A stretch of 64,000 nt of DNA from an uncultured Acidimicrobiales bacterium (GCA_943788915.1 CALSSD010000004.1:124001-188000), one strand, 5' to 3'; shown: positions 10,748 to 20,209, counted from the stretch's first letter. The notes: a model not told the origin generated them from the letters alone. Program-made: numbers and translations.

Positions 10748-11655
10748 TGATGCAGCACCAGGAAGCCAGCGTCGATCTCTCGATACGCCTGCGCGGCAGC
10801 GTCGAGCCGTTCTGGATCGGCAAGCGAACCAACAACTGCCCCGCCGGACCCAGCGAACGCAACACCAGCACCCGCTGCCTGGCCGGTCTCGACGAGCGCG
10901 TTGTCGACATCGGTGATGGTCCAGATCTGGCGGCGAAGCTCGAAGGCTTCGTTCATCAACGGTGGCCAATCCCGGCATGTTGTCCCGCCGTCGAGAGCAT
11001 CTCGGCCAGCAACGGCGAGCTCGGCGAAGCGGGTCATAACCGTGGTCACGTGGGCATCTCCATCGAGCCAACGTTCGCGCACGTTTGTGTGTGCGATATC
11101 GGATGGCTGACCCGGGGACTGGTGCCAGGCCACGAACAGCGGGGGCAGTTTGTCGACCTCAAGTCGGTGGTACGCGTGTGCCTGCCACGGTGTGGAGAAG
11201 TCCATGTCGAGCACACCTTCGAACGCTTGCACGACCCGATCCTGTGGCCCGGCAGCCCAGCCCAACACATGGGTCTCGACCTCGAGGGTTATGCGAGCGA
11301 GTTCGACGAGGTCCCAGGTAAATTTGGCCCGACGAGCCAGCGCACGGAGCGCTGCCATGATGATCGCGCTGGAACCCGAGAGGCCAACTTGTTGCGGAAT
11401 CGAGGTCTCGAACGTGAATGCGGCGGGCTGTTCCACCAACTCGGGGCGTCGTTTTCGTAACGCCGCGACCGTGGCTTCGATCAGCTCGGTGTCGGCGTAC
11501 TGCCATTGGTTGGCTGGCTGAACCGAAACTGTGGTTTCGAGCTGGGGAACGGTCATGGCGATCACTCGTCCGCCGTACCCATCAGATGGGTTCCCAACCA
11601 GGCCCACCCGAGCAAAGCAGTGACCCTCTATGGGCGTTTCCGGTGACGCGTCGAT
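10744..11655 (-). CDS. GHMP kinase, glucuronokinase-like; start uncertain (ATC at 11655 or GTG at 11607)
   Basis: ARVGLVGNPSDGYGG, IPQQVGLSGSSA (GHMP P-loop), AGPQDRVVQ, MDF, FELRR, FAGSGGAVV. Confidence 0.85.
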   Translation of the reverse strand: MDASPETPIEGHCFARVGLVGNPSDGYGGRVIAMTVPQLETTVSVQPANQWQYADTELIEATVAALRKRRPELVEQPAAFTFETSIPQQVGLSGSSAIIMAALRALARRAKFTWDLVELARITLEVETHVLGWAAGPQDRVVQAFEGVLDMDFSTPWQAHAYHRLEVDKLPPLFVAWHQSPGQPSDIAHTNVRERWLDGDAHVTTVMTRFAELAVAGRDALDGGTTCRDWPPLMNEAFELRRQIWTITDVDNALVETGQAAGAGVAFAGSGGAVVGSLADPERLDAAAQAYREIDAGFLVLHQ

Positions 11656-11702
11656 GGCTTCAGCCTAGGAAGAAACCTGTGGCTGGCACATGTTGCATCG
11701 AA

Positions 11703-13427
11703 TTACCGGGTGGTGATCGATGCGATGCGGCCAGCTTCGAGTGTGATGACCTGGTCGGCCTGGTCGATCACGAATTGTCGATGTGACACCGCGATGACGG
11801 TACTGGTGCCATCGGCACTCAGCCGGGCCCATAGGTCGCGTTCGGTGGCGACATCGAGCGCGCTGGACAAGTCATCGACGACAAGGAGCTCGGGCTGAGT
11901 CAGCAGGCTGCGGGCGGTGGCGACTCGTTGTGCTTGGCCACCTGACAGGCGCAGGCCCCGTGAACCAACGGTCGTCCCGGATCCGTCGGGCATCTCGCCA
12001 AGGTCCTGGGTCAGTGTTGTCTGCTCGAGGACCACATCGAGTCGTGACCGGTCGCGCCCGAGCGCAATGTTCTCGGCCAGTGTCTCGCTGAAGAGTCGAG
12101 GGATCTGCGGCAGGTGGGCCGAATTCGGAGGCACGAACCATGCGGCCGCGTCGGTGACAGGTTCATCGTTCCATTCGATGTCACCGGTGCTCGGCTCGAG
12201 TCCAACGAGTGCCCGCAGCAGGGTGGACTTGCCAGCGCCGACCCCGCCGGTCACCACGGTGAAACTGCCAGCTGGCACATCGAAGCTGATGTCACGAACG
12301 CCAGCATCCGATGACGGATACACCGAGGTCAGATCGCGAACCCGCAACTGTTGGAGTGGGACACGATCAGGGTCTGGTTCGCGGACCCGCATGGTGTCGT
12401 GCGGTTCGATGGTGACCTCGCAGTCAGCGAAGACATCGTCAACTCGACCTTCGGCTACCAGTTGGCCCATTCGCCCATAGGACACAACTGCTTGTTCGCG
12501 GGCCGAGATCAGTCGAGCAACGAACCGGGGCACGGTCCCCAGTTCGATGGCATAAGCCACGAACAGGGCCAGGTCACCAACGGTGAAGTCGCCCGAACGC
12601 ACGGCAGGCACGAGTGCGAGCAGGGTCAGGCCGATGGTCACGTCGGTGGTCGACGAGGAGATCCCGTCGATGGTCTGCTGCAGCACCGTGTCGCGCACCG
12701 CGGTGCGGCGACGGGTTTCGGTGTGGTGTTCGAGCCTGGTCAGTGCAGCCTCTTCACGCCCGGCCAGCCGGAAGGCGAGCAAACCAGCGAAGGTCTCACC
12801 AAGGAACGAAGTGACCTGACTGGTGGCCTCGCGGTCTGCCGCCCGGGCCTGGTAGAGCCGAGGTGTGAGGTACCGAGTAACGATGGTCACGAACGCAAGC
12901 GGCAGCAATACGACCAGCGCCGCTGACTTGCTGATCGTGGACATGATGATCAATGCACCGATTGCATAGGAGATGCTGGCCAGCCCGTCGAGCCACGAGT
13001 CGGACCACAACACACCGTCGCGGGCGTCCTGGTGGAAACGAGAGATGGCCTCGCTCGGACTCGACGGCAAGGTCGCCGCTCGGGGCCCGCCACTGACCGT
13101 TTGCGCGAACAACATATTGGTTCGCATCAGGGTCAAGCCCGCGACCCACCATCGCACGACAACCCAGATCGAACCTGCGAAGACAATCCAGCGCACGACT
13201 TCGATCACGCCGATCGAGATAAGGAGCCCGTTGATGGATTGGTCGGTGGCTAATGCGTCGAACGCCAGCTTGAGTAACCAGCCGGTCAACAATGGCATCA
13301 AAAAGTAGGCGGTCCAGCCAATCCAGCTCGCAAGCCATAAGCCCTTGCGGAAGGTGCCAGTGCGCCAGCCGAAGTTGAACGGACGTATTGAGGACCGAGA
13401 AGGCGGTGGTGTTGGCGGCGCGCTCAT
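11703..13427 (-). CDS. ABC exporter half-transporter (TMD+NBD), subunit 2
   Basis: GGVGAGKST, LSGGQ, LLVVDD (degenerate Walker B), VSHR; N-terminal TM domain. Confidence 0.92.
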   Translation of the reverse strand: MSAPPTPPPSRSSIRPFNFGWRTGTFRKGLWLASWIGWTAYFLMPLLTGWLLKLAFDALATDQSINGLLISIGVIEVVRWIVFAGSIWVVVRWWVAGLTLMRTNMLFAQTVSGGPRAATLPSSPSEAISRFHQDARDGVLWSDSWLDGLASISYAIGALIIMSTISKSAALVVLLPLAFVTIVTRYLTPRLYQARAADREATSQVTSFLGETFAGLLAFRLAGREEAALTRLEHHTETRRRTAVRDTVLQQTIDGISSSTTDVTIGLTLLALVPAVRSGDFTVGDLALFVAYAIELGTVPRFVARLISAREQAVVSYGRMGQLVAEGRVDDVFADCEVTIEPHDTMRVREPDPDRVPLQQLRVRDLTSVYPSSDAGVRDISFDVPAGSFTVVTGGVGAGKSTLLRALVGLEPSTGDIEWNDEPVTDAAAWFVPPNSAHLPQIPRLFSETLAENIALGRDRSRLDVVLEQTTLTQDLGEMPDGSGTTVGSRGLRLSGGQAQRVATARSLLTQPELLVVDDLSSALDVATERDLWARLSADGTSTVIAVSHRQFVIDQADQVITLEAGRIASITTR

Positions 13428-13437
13428 GAGACACCTT

Positions 13438-15198
13438 TCATGAGACGACCTCGTCGAGGGGAACGTCGATGCCAACGGCCAACAGTTGGGCGTAGCGACT
13501 GGTCGGGTCATCACGCAGTTCGGCGGTGGCGCCTCGTTCGGCCACGCGCCCGGCATCGAGCACCAGAATCTCGTCGAGCCGTTCCACCGTGGAGAGCCGG
13601 TGGGCGATCACGATGGCGGTTCGATCCTGGAGCAGCCGGTCGATCGCCCGAGTGACCCGGGCTTCGGTCAGCGGGTCGATACGCGACGAGGCTTCGTCGA
13701 GCAGTACGAAGTCGGGGGACCGAAGGAACAACCGGGTAAGTGCAATGAGCTGGCCTTCGCCTGCGGACAGGCCGCTGCCGGCTGGGCCAAGTTTGGTGTC
13801 GAGTCCATCAGGCATTGCTTCGACCCAGGTGAGTAAGTCGAGTTCAGCCAGTGCAGCCCGCACGTCGTCGTCGCTGATGGTCTCGTCGTACAGCGTGAGG
13901 TTATCTCGCAGTGTCGTTCCGAATAGATGCACGTCTTGGGAGACAACGCCGGTGCGAGCTCGCAGGTCGGCGAGCTGAATATCACTCAACGCCACGCCAC
14001 CAAGACGCACGGTGCCCTCGGTGGGTTCCACCAGCCGCAAAAGCAGTCGGGCCAACGTGGTCTTGCCGCTGCCGGTGCGGCCGAGCACACCTATCGATGT
14101 ACCGGCCTTCAGCGACAGGGTGAGATCGTCGATGACCGCGACGGGAAGGTCTTCGTCGTCATAGTTAAACGTGACGTGATCGAGTTCCAGGCTCAGTGGA
14201 CCGTCGGGGAGTCGGGCCGTGCCGACGTTACCAATGGTTGATTCTTCGCCAAGCAGCTCCAGGGTGCGGGCCATACCCCCAGCTGCTCGTTGGACACGTT
14301 CGGTCTCGTCGGACAGGGCGCTCAGCGGGGCCCGAAGCAGCTGGGTGTACTGGAAGATCAGGTACGCGGTGCCGAGCGTGATGGAACCGCGGCGAAGCAG
14401 CGCAACATCGATGGCCAAGGCGATGAGCCCACCGAGCACAAAGACCGCGTTGGACATGATCCACAGAGCCACACCCTGTCTCTCTCGCCCGAGTGCGGAT
14501 CGAAGGACTGCGGCGCTTGCCACTTGAAACGTAGCGACAGCATGGCTGCCGCCGCCATTGCTACGTAGGTCGTCGGCGCCGGTCAGGCGTTCTTCGACCT
14601 CGCCTAGCATCCGCCCGGTTGCGGCCTGTTCCGTTGCGGCTTCGTCGACGGCCTTATTGCGCATCAGGAACATCACGCCAATAGCCAGGCCCAGGTAGAC
14701 AGCGAGGCCGACACCAACCTGCCAATCTCGGACCAGCAGCACGGCCACAAGACCGAGCAAGGTTACGAACGCTGCTGCTGCCTTCACCGCGAAGCTGGCC
14801 ACAAAGTCACTGAGTGCGGTGACATCACCGTCGACTCGGCTGACCAATTCGCCGGGGCTCGTCGAACGATGGAAGGCCAGGTCTAGGTTCAACACGTGGC
14901 GGGTCAAGGTAGAACGAAGTTCGTTGGTCACTCGCCACGCCAGGTCGGTGGCGGTCCAGGCGACCGCGATCGAAATCACCTGGCGGGCAATACCAACACC
15001 GACGTAGATGCCGGCGATCGTGAGCAGCTGGCTACGTACGGCGTCGCCCTGGGCTTCGTCGATGAAGCTGGCGATGAGTAACGGGCCGAGCAGAGGAAGC
15101 GCACCCGCAACTGCGAGCACGCTGATCATGACCGTCAACCGTTTCCGGTGCGGCGTAACGAGGCCAAGTAAGGCCCGCCAGTGAGACTGCCCACCCAT
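13438..15198 (-). CDS. ABC exporter half-transporter (TMD+NBD), subunit 1 of a heterodimer
   Basis: GRTGSGKTT, LSAGE (degenerate signature), VLLDEA, IAHRL. Confidence 0.92.
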   Translation of the reverse strand: MGGQSHWRALLGLVTPHRKRLTVMISVLAVAGALPLLGPLLIASFIDEAQGDAVRSQLLTIAGIYVGVGIARQVISIAVAWTATDLAWRVTNELRSTLTRHVLNLDLAFHRSTSPGELVSRVDGDVTALSDFVASFAVKAAAAFVTLLGLVAVLLVRDWQVGVGLAVYLGLAIGVMFLMRNKAVDEAATEQAATGRMLGEVEERLTGADDLRSNGGGSHAVATFQVASAAVLRSALGRERQGVALWIMSNAVFVLGGLIALAIDVALLRRGSITLGTAYLIFQYTQLLRAPLSALSDETERVQRAAGGMARTLELLGEESTIGNVGTARLPDGPLSLELDHVTFNYDDEDLPVAVIDDLTLSLKAGTSIGVLGRTGSGKTTLARLLLRLVEPTEGTVRLGGVALSDIQLADLRARTGVVSQDVHLFGTTLRDNLTLYDETISDDDVRAALAELDLLTWVEAMPDGLDTKLGPAGSGLSAGEGQLIALTRLFLRSPDFVLLDEASSRIDPLTEARVTRAIDRLLQDRTAIVIAHRLSTVERLDEILVLDAGRVAERGATAELRDDPTSRYAQLLAVGIDVPLDEVVS

Positions 15199-15246
15199 CC
15201 CTGAGACGCTACAACCTTGAACTGGTCGAACCGGCTGGGTTTCTTT

Positions 15247-15786
15247 TCAGGTGGTCTGAGTCGGGTTGGGGAGCCGGGTTTGGGAGGAGAGGGCCACGAC
15301 TAGTTCGTTGGTTGGCAGGGTCGCATCGAGTTGATAGTCGGCGACAGCCGCAAACAGCGGTGTTCGTCGTTCGACAAGTGCAACCAGCTCGGCCCGATCC
15401 ATGGAGCGACGATGTGCCCCGGTTGCCATGCGGCGGAGGATCTCGTCGACGGGTGCAGTGAGCACGGCGACTTGAGCGCGGCGCGCCAGCGCTTCGCCGC
15501 AGCGGGGATCTTCGACAATCCACGCAGCCGCAGAGATCACCGACGGCTGTTCGTTTGCCAACCGTCCAAGCAACACGGCCGACTCGATGCGATGCAACTC
15601 ATCGATGCTGCGTTCGGCCGCGATCTCGCCGCCGGTCATACCGAAGAGCGTTTCGATGTCGTCATCAGAGTCATACGCGGGAACATGATGCTGCGCCGCA
15701 ATCGCTTTGGCGGTTGTCGACTTACCAACACCCATCATCCCGAGCACGACCAGATGTGGACGCACCGGGGTGAGTAGCTGCTGCAT
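15247..15786 (-). CDS. Shikimate-kinase-like P-loop kinase (divergent)
   Basis: GMMGVGKST, DSD, RR...HR lid, RTPLF; lacks the GG motif. Confidence 0.75.
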   Translation of the reverse strand: MQQLLTPVRPHLVVLGMMGVGKSTTAKAIAAQHHVPAYDSDDDIETLFGMTGGEIAAERSIDELHRIESAVLLGRLANEQPSVISAAAWIVEDPRCGEALARRAQVAVLTAPVDEILRRMATGAHRRSMDRAELVALVERRTPLFAAVADYQLDATLPTNELVVALSSQTRLPNPTQTT

Positions 15787-16550
15787 CAGCCTTTGGCGCG
15801 CTGGGGTTGCATTGCCTCGATGATGCCTGGTGGCACGAAGTTGTTCTCGTCGGTGGCATCGGCTTCAACCAACTCAACCAGGCGATCGACGACTTCGACA
15901 GGATCCATCTGATCGGTCTTGACCATGGTGCCGATCATCTGGAACAGCTCGGTCGCAGGTGCGTTCAGCGAGTCTTCGTCGAACCATTCCCACATGGAGT
16001 CGGCCATGCTGTCGTTGAAGCCGGTGTTGTAGGGGCCGGGGTTGATCAGCGTGACGTCGATGCCTTGGGGAGCAAGTTCGACTCGCATGGCCTTACCCAT
16101 GGCTTCGAGTGCATGTTTCGACATGGAGTACGGCCCGAACGATGGACCAGACATCACGCCGGCGATCGACGACACGATGATGATGCGACCTGAGCCCTTT
16201 GCGATCATCTTGGGTGCCGCTGCCTGGGTGACTGCCAACGTGCCGAACACATTGACCTCGAACACATGTCGCACGACATCAAGTGGCACATCGACCATCG
16301 GGCCGGTCTTGCCAGCGCCGGCGTTGTTGATCAGCACGTCGATGTCCCAGTCGCCGATCTTGGCCACGTCGGTGGCATTGGTGATATCGACCTTCTCAAC
16401 CCGGAGCTGTGGTGCTTCGGCTCGCAGAGCAGTCGCTTGATCGTCGGTCTCGGTCGTGGCGATAACTGCATGGCCTCGTGCCGCCAACGCCAAGGCAGCG
16501 CCCTTGCCAAATCCTGACCCAGCGCCCGTGATCATCACTGTCTTAGCCAT
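15786..16550 (-). CDS. SDR family oxidoreductase
   Basis: TGAGSGFG, NNAG, YSMSK; stop overlaps the start of the kinase. Confidence 0.9.
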   Translation of the reverse strand: MAKTVMITGAGSGFGKGAALALAARGHAVIATTETDDQATALRAEAPQLRVEKVDITNATDVAKIGDWDIDVLINNAGAGKTGPMVDVPLDVVRHVFEVNVFGTLAVTQAAAPKMIAKGSGRIIIVSSIAGVMSGPSFGPYSMSKHALEAMGKAMRVELAPQGIDVTLINPGPYNTGFNDSMADSMWEWFDEDSLNAPATELFQMIGTMVKTDQMDPVEVVDRLVELVEADATDENNFVPPGIIEAMQPQRAKG

Positions 16551-16598
16551 TACATGCTCCCCGGTGGTGTGCGCTCACACTAGTGCTCTATCTCTCCC

Positions 16599-16633
16599 CG
16601 AAAAGTTACGTCCCCTGGGGAAGTAACTTTTCG
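16599..16633. repeat. Intergenic palindrome family A, copy 1
   Basis: CGAAAAGTTAC-G-TCCCC-T-GGGGA-A-GTAACTTTTCG; related copy at 18993-19042. Confidence 0.8.
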
Positions 16634-16652
16634 CCGGTAGTAGTTTGAGCAC

Positions 16653-17630
16653 ATGACAGTGGGTGCAGGGGTAGTACGTGTTGGGGTGATTGGTGCTGGC
16701 GGGATGGGGCGTGAACACATCACCAACCTGTCCGGACTTGAAGGGGTCGACGTTGTGGTGGTCGCCGACGTGGTGCCTGCCGGTGCCGAGGCTGGGGCTG
16801 CATTAGCTGGGACCAGCGTTCGATCGACGACGGACCCGATGAGCGTGGCCACCGACACTGAGCTCGATGCTGTGGTGATTGCCTCGCCCGATCACACCCA
16901 TGCTGAACTTGCGATCGCAGCGATGGAGGCCGGGCTTGCGGTGTTGTGCGAGAAGCCGTTGGCGGTGACGGTTGCCGACGCTGAGCAGGTCGTTGCCGCC
17001 GAGGCAGCTGCATCTGGTGCATTGCTGCACGTGGGCCTTATGCGGGTGTATGACTCCGCCCATATGCAGGTGGTTGACGCCATGGCGGAACTCGGTCCGC
17101 TGCATCATCTGCGGCTCGTGCATCGCAACACCAATCACCAATGGACTCGTTCGCTCGAAACGGTCTTCTCTCAGTCGCTGATTCACGACATCCACAGCGC
17201 GCGGTGGTTCTCGGGTAGCGAGTTTGCGTCGGTGGTTGCTCAGGTGGTGCGCACCGGTGAACGCATCAACTATGTGAACCTGCTGGGCGAACTTACGAGC
17301 GGAGCAACGGTGAGTATCGAGTTTGCCGAGGCGACCTATGGCTACGACGTCGAGGTCGAAGCCACCTGTGAACACGGTATGGCTATTGCCGCTCAGCCAG
17401 CCCAACCCATCGTGCGCCGAGGAGGTCAGGCTCACCGCCATATCGGCGACGACTGGTTCGGTCGCTTCACCGACGCGTATCGCACCGAGGCAGCTGAATG
17501 GACGGCTGGTGTGCGCGCTGGCGAGGTGCGCGGCCCTACCGCTACCGATGGCCTGGCTGCTCAACATGTGGTGGCTGCGGCAATCACGTCGGCCCAGACC
17601 GGTACACGCGTGCCGGTGAACTGGGGGTAG
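16653..17630 (+). CDS. Gfo/Idh/MocA oxidoreductase, myo-inositol 2-dehydrogenase-like
   Basis: GVIGAGGMG, ASPDHTH, CEKPL, MRVYD, IHDIH, YGYDV, RFTDAY. Confidence 0.85.
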   Translation: MTVGAGVVRVGVIGAGGMGREHITNLSGLEGVDVVVVADVVPAGAEAGAALAGTSVRSTTDPMSVATDTELDAVVIASPDHTHAELAIAAMEAGLAVLCEKPLAVTVADAEQVVAAEAAASGALLHVGLMRVYDSAHMQVVDAMAELGPLHHLRLVHRNTNHQWTRSLETVFSQSLIHDIHSARWFSGSEFASVVAQVVRTGERINYVNLLGELTSGATVSIEFAEATYGYDVEVEATCEHGMAIAAQPAQPIVRRGGQAHRHIGDDWFGRFTDAYRTEAAEWTAGVRAGEVRGPTATDGLAAQHVVAAAITSAQTGTRVPVNWG

Positions 17631-17640
17631 AAACACACCC

Positions 17641-17964
17641 ATGGAAGACACCACGGCGTGCCCGATCTGCACGATGACCGATCTGCTCGACGGCGGCGAC
17701 TATCACGAATGTGCCACCTGCGGCCACGAGTGGGACAAGGACGTATCAGGCGAGGTTGTCGTGCTCGATGCCAACGGCAAAGAACTCAACAAGGGTGACG
17801 ATGTCACGCTCGTCAAAGATCTGAAGATCAACGGCAAGTCCGGTCGGCTCAAGGCCGGCACCAAGATCAAGGGCATCAACCTGGTCGACGGCGATCACCC
17901 CATCGACGGCAAGGTCGAGGGTCGCTCCATGTTGATCAAGGCGGAGTTCGTCAAGCTCGCCTGA
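17641..17964 (+). CDS. PhnA/YjdM zinc-ribbon protein
   Basis: CPIC...CATCGHEW, DANG..L..GDDVTLVKDLK, KAGTKIKGI, KAEFVK. Confidence 0.9.
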   Translation: MEDTTACPICTMTDLLDGGDYHECATCGHEWDKDVSGEVVVLDANGKELNKGDDVTLVKDLKINGKSGRLKAGTKIKGINLVDGDHPIDGKVEGRSMLIKAEFVKLA

Positions 17965-18029
17965 GTTCTGTGGCAGGAGTCAGGCTCGCTGGTCGGCTAC
18001 TTTTCGCCAATCGATTCTGAGGGGCAACC

Positions 18030-18989
18030 ATGCGTGTTGGATTTATAGGTCTAGGCAATGTTGGCGCCAAGCTGGCTGGCAGCCTGCTGCGTAATGGCGC
18101 CGACTTGATCGTCCGCGATCTTGACAAGTCGGCGGCGCAGCCATTGCTCGATGCCGGCGCGGCCTGGGGCGAATCACCAGCGACTATGACCGAACAGGTC
18201 GATCTCATGATCACCTGCTTGCCGAGCCCTGCGATCAGTGCAGCGGTTGTCGAAGGTGATGACGGCATCCTGTCCTCCCTGAAGCCGGGGCAGATGTGGG
18301 CTGAGATGAGCACCACCGACGAAGCCGAGATCCGTCGGCTGGGTGCCAAGGTGCTTGCCGCAGGTGGCGAACCAATCGACTGTCCGGTTTCGGGTGGTTG
18401 CCATCGGGCCGACACCGGCAACATCGCTATCTTCGCCGGATGTGAACGATCAACGTTCGAACGAGCGCTGCCGGTGCTCACGACCATGGGGCGACGAATC
18501 CTACATACCGGCGAACTCGGGTCGGCATCGATGCTCAAGGTGATGACCAACTACCTGGCGACTGCCAACCTGGTCACGCTTGCCGAAGCGCTCGTGACCT
18601 CGAAGATGGCAGGCATGGATCTTGGAACCACCTACGAGGCGATCCGAATCTCGTCAGGCAATTCGTTCGTTCATGAGACCGAGAGTCAGGTCATCCTGAA
18701 CGGCAGTCGAGACATCAACTTCACCATGGATCTTGTCAGCAAGGACATCGGCATCTTCCAGTCGATTGCCGAGCGCCATGGCGTACCGCTCGAAGTCTCG
18801 CCATTGCTGAACGAGATCTTCAACGATGGGCGTGAGCGCTACGGCGATCGTGAACTGTCGCCCAACATCATCCGCCGCCTCGAAGACGCCGTTGGTACCG
18901 AGATCCTGGCGCCCGGCTTTCCGGCCGAGATGACCGACGACGAACCGGAAGCTCCCGGCTACGAAGTCGTCCCCGCATCTCGGAGGTGA
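18030..18989 (+). CDS. NAD(P)-dependent oxidoreductase, 3-hydroxyisobutyrate dehydrogenase family
   Basis: GFIGLGNVG, EMST, DCPVSGG, KVMTN, KDI. Confidence 0.9.
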   Translation: MRVGFIGLGNVGAKLAGSLLRNGADLIVRDLDKSAAQPLLDAGAAWGESPATMTEQVDLMITCLPSPAISAAVVEGDDGILSSLKPGQMWAEMSTTDEAEIRRLGAKVLAAGGEPIDCPVSGGCHRADTGNIAIFAGCERSTFERALPVLTTMGRRILHTGELGSASMLKVMTNYLATANLVTLAEALVTSKMAGMDLGTTYEAIRISSGNSFVHETESQVILNGSRDINFTMDLVSKDIGIFQSIAERHGVPLEVSPLLNEIFNDGRERYGDRELSPNIIRRLEDAVGTEILAPGFPAEMTDDEPEAPGYEVVPASRR

Positions 18990-18992
18990 TCT

Positions 18993-19042
18993 GAAAAGTT
19001 ACGTCCCCAGGGGAACATAACTCAGGGGAACATAACTTTTCG
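18993..19042. repeat. Intergenic palindrome family A, copy 2, with an internal 15-bp tandem duplication
   Basis: GAAAAGTTACGTCCC-CAGGGGAACATAACT-CAGGGGAACATAACT-TTTCG between convergent stops. Confidence 0.8.
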
Positions 19043-19954
19043 CTAGCTGAGTTGGGGGACGATCTCGGCGGTGAAGAGTTCGTAGGCCGCGAACCGTTCT
19101 TCGCGAGTCGCACCCAGCGTGAAGTCGGGGATGATGACTTCGTCGAAACCTTGCTCGGCGAACTGGCCGATCTGGTCGATGATGTGTGCGGTCGATCCAG
19201 CGATCGAACGTTCGCCGGAGTCACCCGCCTTGATCTTGGCAATTTTTTCGGCGTCTTCGGTCAGGAAGAACATGGCTTGCACCGAGGTGTGCAGCGACGC
19301 GGGGTCAACGCTGACCTTTTCACACGCAGTGGTGTAGGTCTCGAGTCGACCAGCAGCCATCTCGGGGGCTCCCCAGGTGTTCCACTCGTCGGCATGCCGG
19401 GCAGTGATGCGGCACATACGAGGCCCACCGGTACCGACCAGCAGTGGCAGTTTTGCCTGGATGGGTTTGGGGTCACACGGTGCATTGGTGAAGGTGTAGA
19501 AGTCGCCGTCGAAGTCGGTGTGGGCATTATCAAGCAGTGAACGCACGATCTGAATCGACTCTTCGAACCGGCTGACTCGCGCGCCGGGTGCTTCGAGGTC
19601 AATGCCGTAGGCATGGTGTTCGTTGATCTGCCAACCAGCACCAAGTCCGAGGACCATGCGCCCGTCGGAAAGATGATCGAGAGTGGCCGCACGGTTCGCA
19701 AGCAACGCGGGATGATGCACCGAGGTGGGTGCCACGAGCGGGCCGATACGGATCTTCGATGTCACCGCGGCGACTGCAGGAAGGATCGTCCACGCTTCGT
19801 GGGTGTCACCTTCGGCCAGATCAGTGCTGCCGGTGTTCACCATGTAGTGGTCGGCGAACCAGAAGCTGAACCAGCCGAGGTCATCGGTGAGCCGAGCAAG
19901 ATCGAGGATCTCGTCGACGGGGCGTCCAGGGGCAGGCCAAACAGAGAAGCGCAT
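19043..19954 (-). CDS. LLM class oxidoreductase, probably F420-dependent
   Basis: WFADH, EAWT, TLDHLSDGRMVLGLGAGW..EH.AYG, PKPIQ, ARHADEWN. Confidence 0.88.
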   Translation of the reverse strand: MRFSVWPAPGRPVDEILDLARLTDDLGWFSFWFADHYMVNTGSTDLAEGDTHEAWTILPAVAAVTSKIRIGPLVAPTSVHHPALLANRAATLDHLSDGRMVLGLGAGWQINEHHAYGIDLEAPGARVSRFEESIQIVRSLLDNAHTDFDGDFYTFTNAPCDPKPIQAKLPLLVGTGGPRMCRITARHADEWNTWGAPEMAAGRLETYTTACEKVSVDPASLHTSVQAMFFLTEDAEKIAKIKAGDSGERSIAGSTAHIIDQIGQFAEQGFDEVIIPDFTLGATREERFAAYELFTAEIVPQLS

Positions 19955-19995
19955 ACGCAGACCGTAGCCTGTCGGGACCACAACAGCCGAAGCCT

Positions 19996-20172
19996 CTAGT
20001 GCCGCGAGGCGAGCACGATCAGTCCTGTCGTGAGCAGCATGAATCCAGCACCGATGGCAAGGGCTGGAAGATGGGTTCGTACTAGCCGGGCGAAGCTGCG
20101 TAGTCGAGGTAAGCGGTGGTGGTTGGGCCCCCACTCGAAGTCGCCAGCCGGTGTTTCAAGGAAGTCGGTCAC
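19996..20172 (-). CDS. Small (58 aa) membrane protein absent from the ORF track
   Basis: GTG 20172 reads MTDFLETPAGDFEWGPNHHRLPRLRSFARLVRTHLPALAIGAGFMLLTTGLIVLASRH*; TAGGTT 6 nt upstream. Confidence 0.6.
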   Translation of the reverse strand: MTDFLETPAGDFEWGPNHHRLPRLRSFARLVRTHLPALAIGAGFMLLTTGLIVLASRH

Positions 20173-20209
20173 AGGGAAAACCTAGGAACGCTCGCTCCCT
20201 GCCTGCTCC

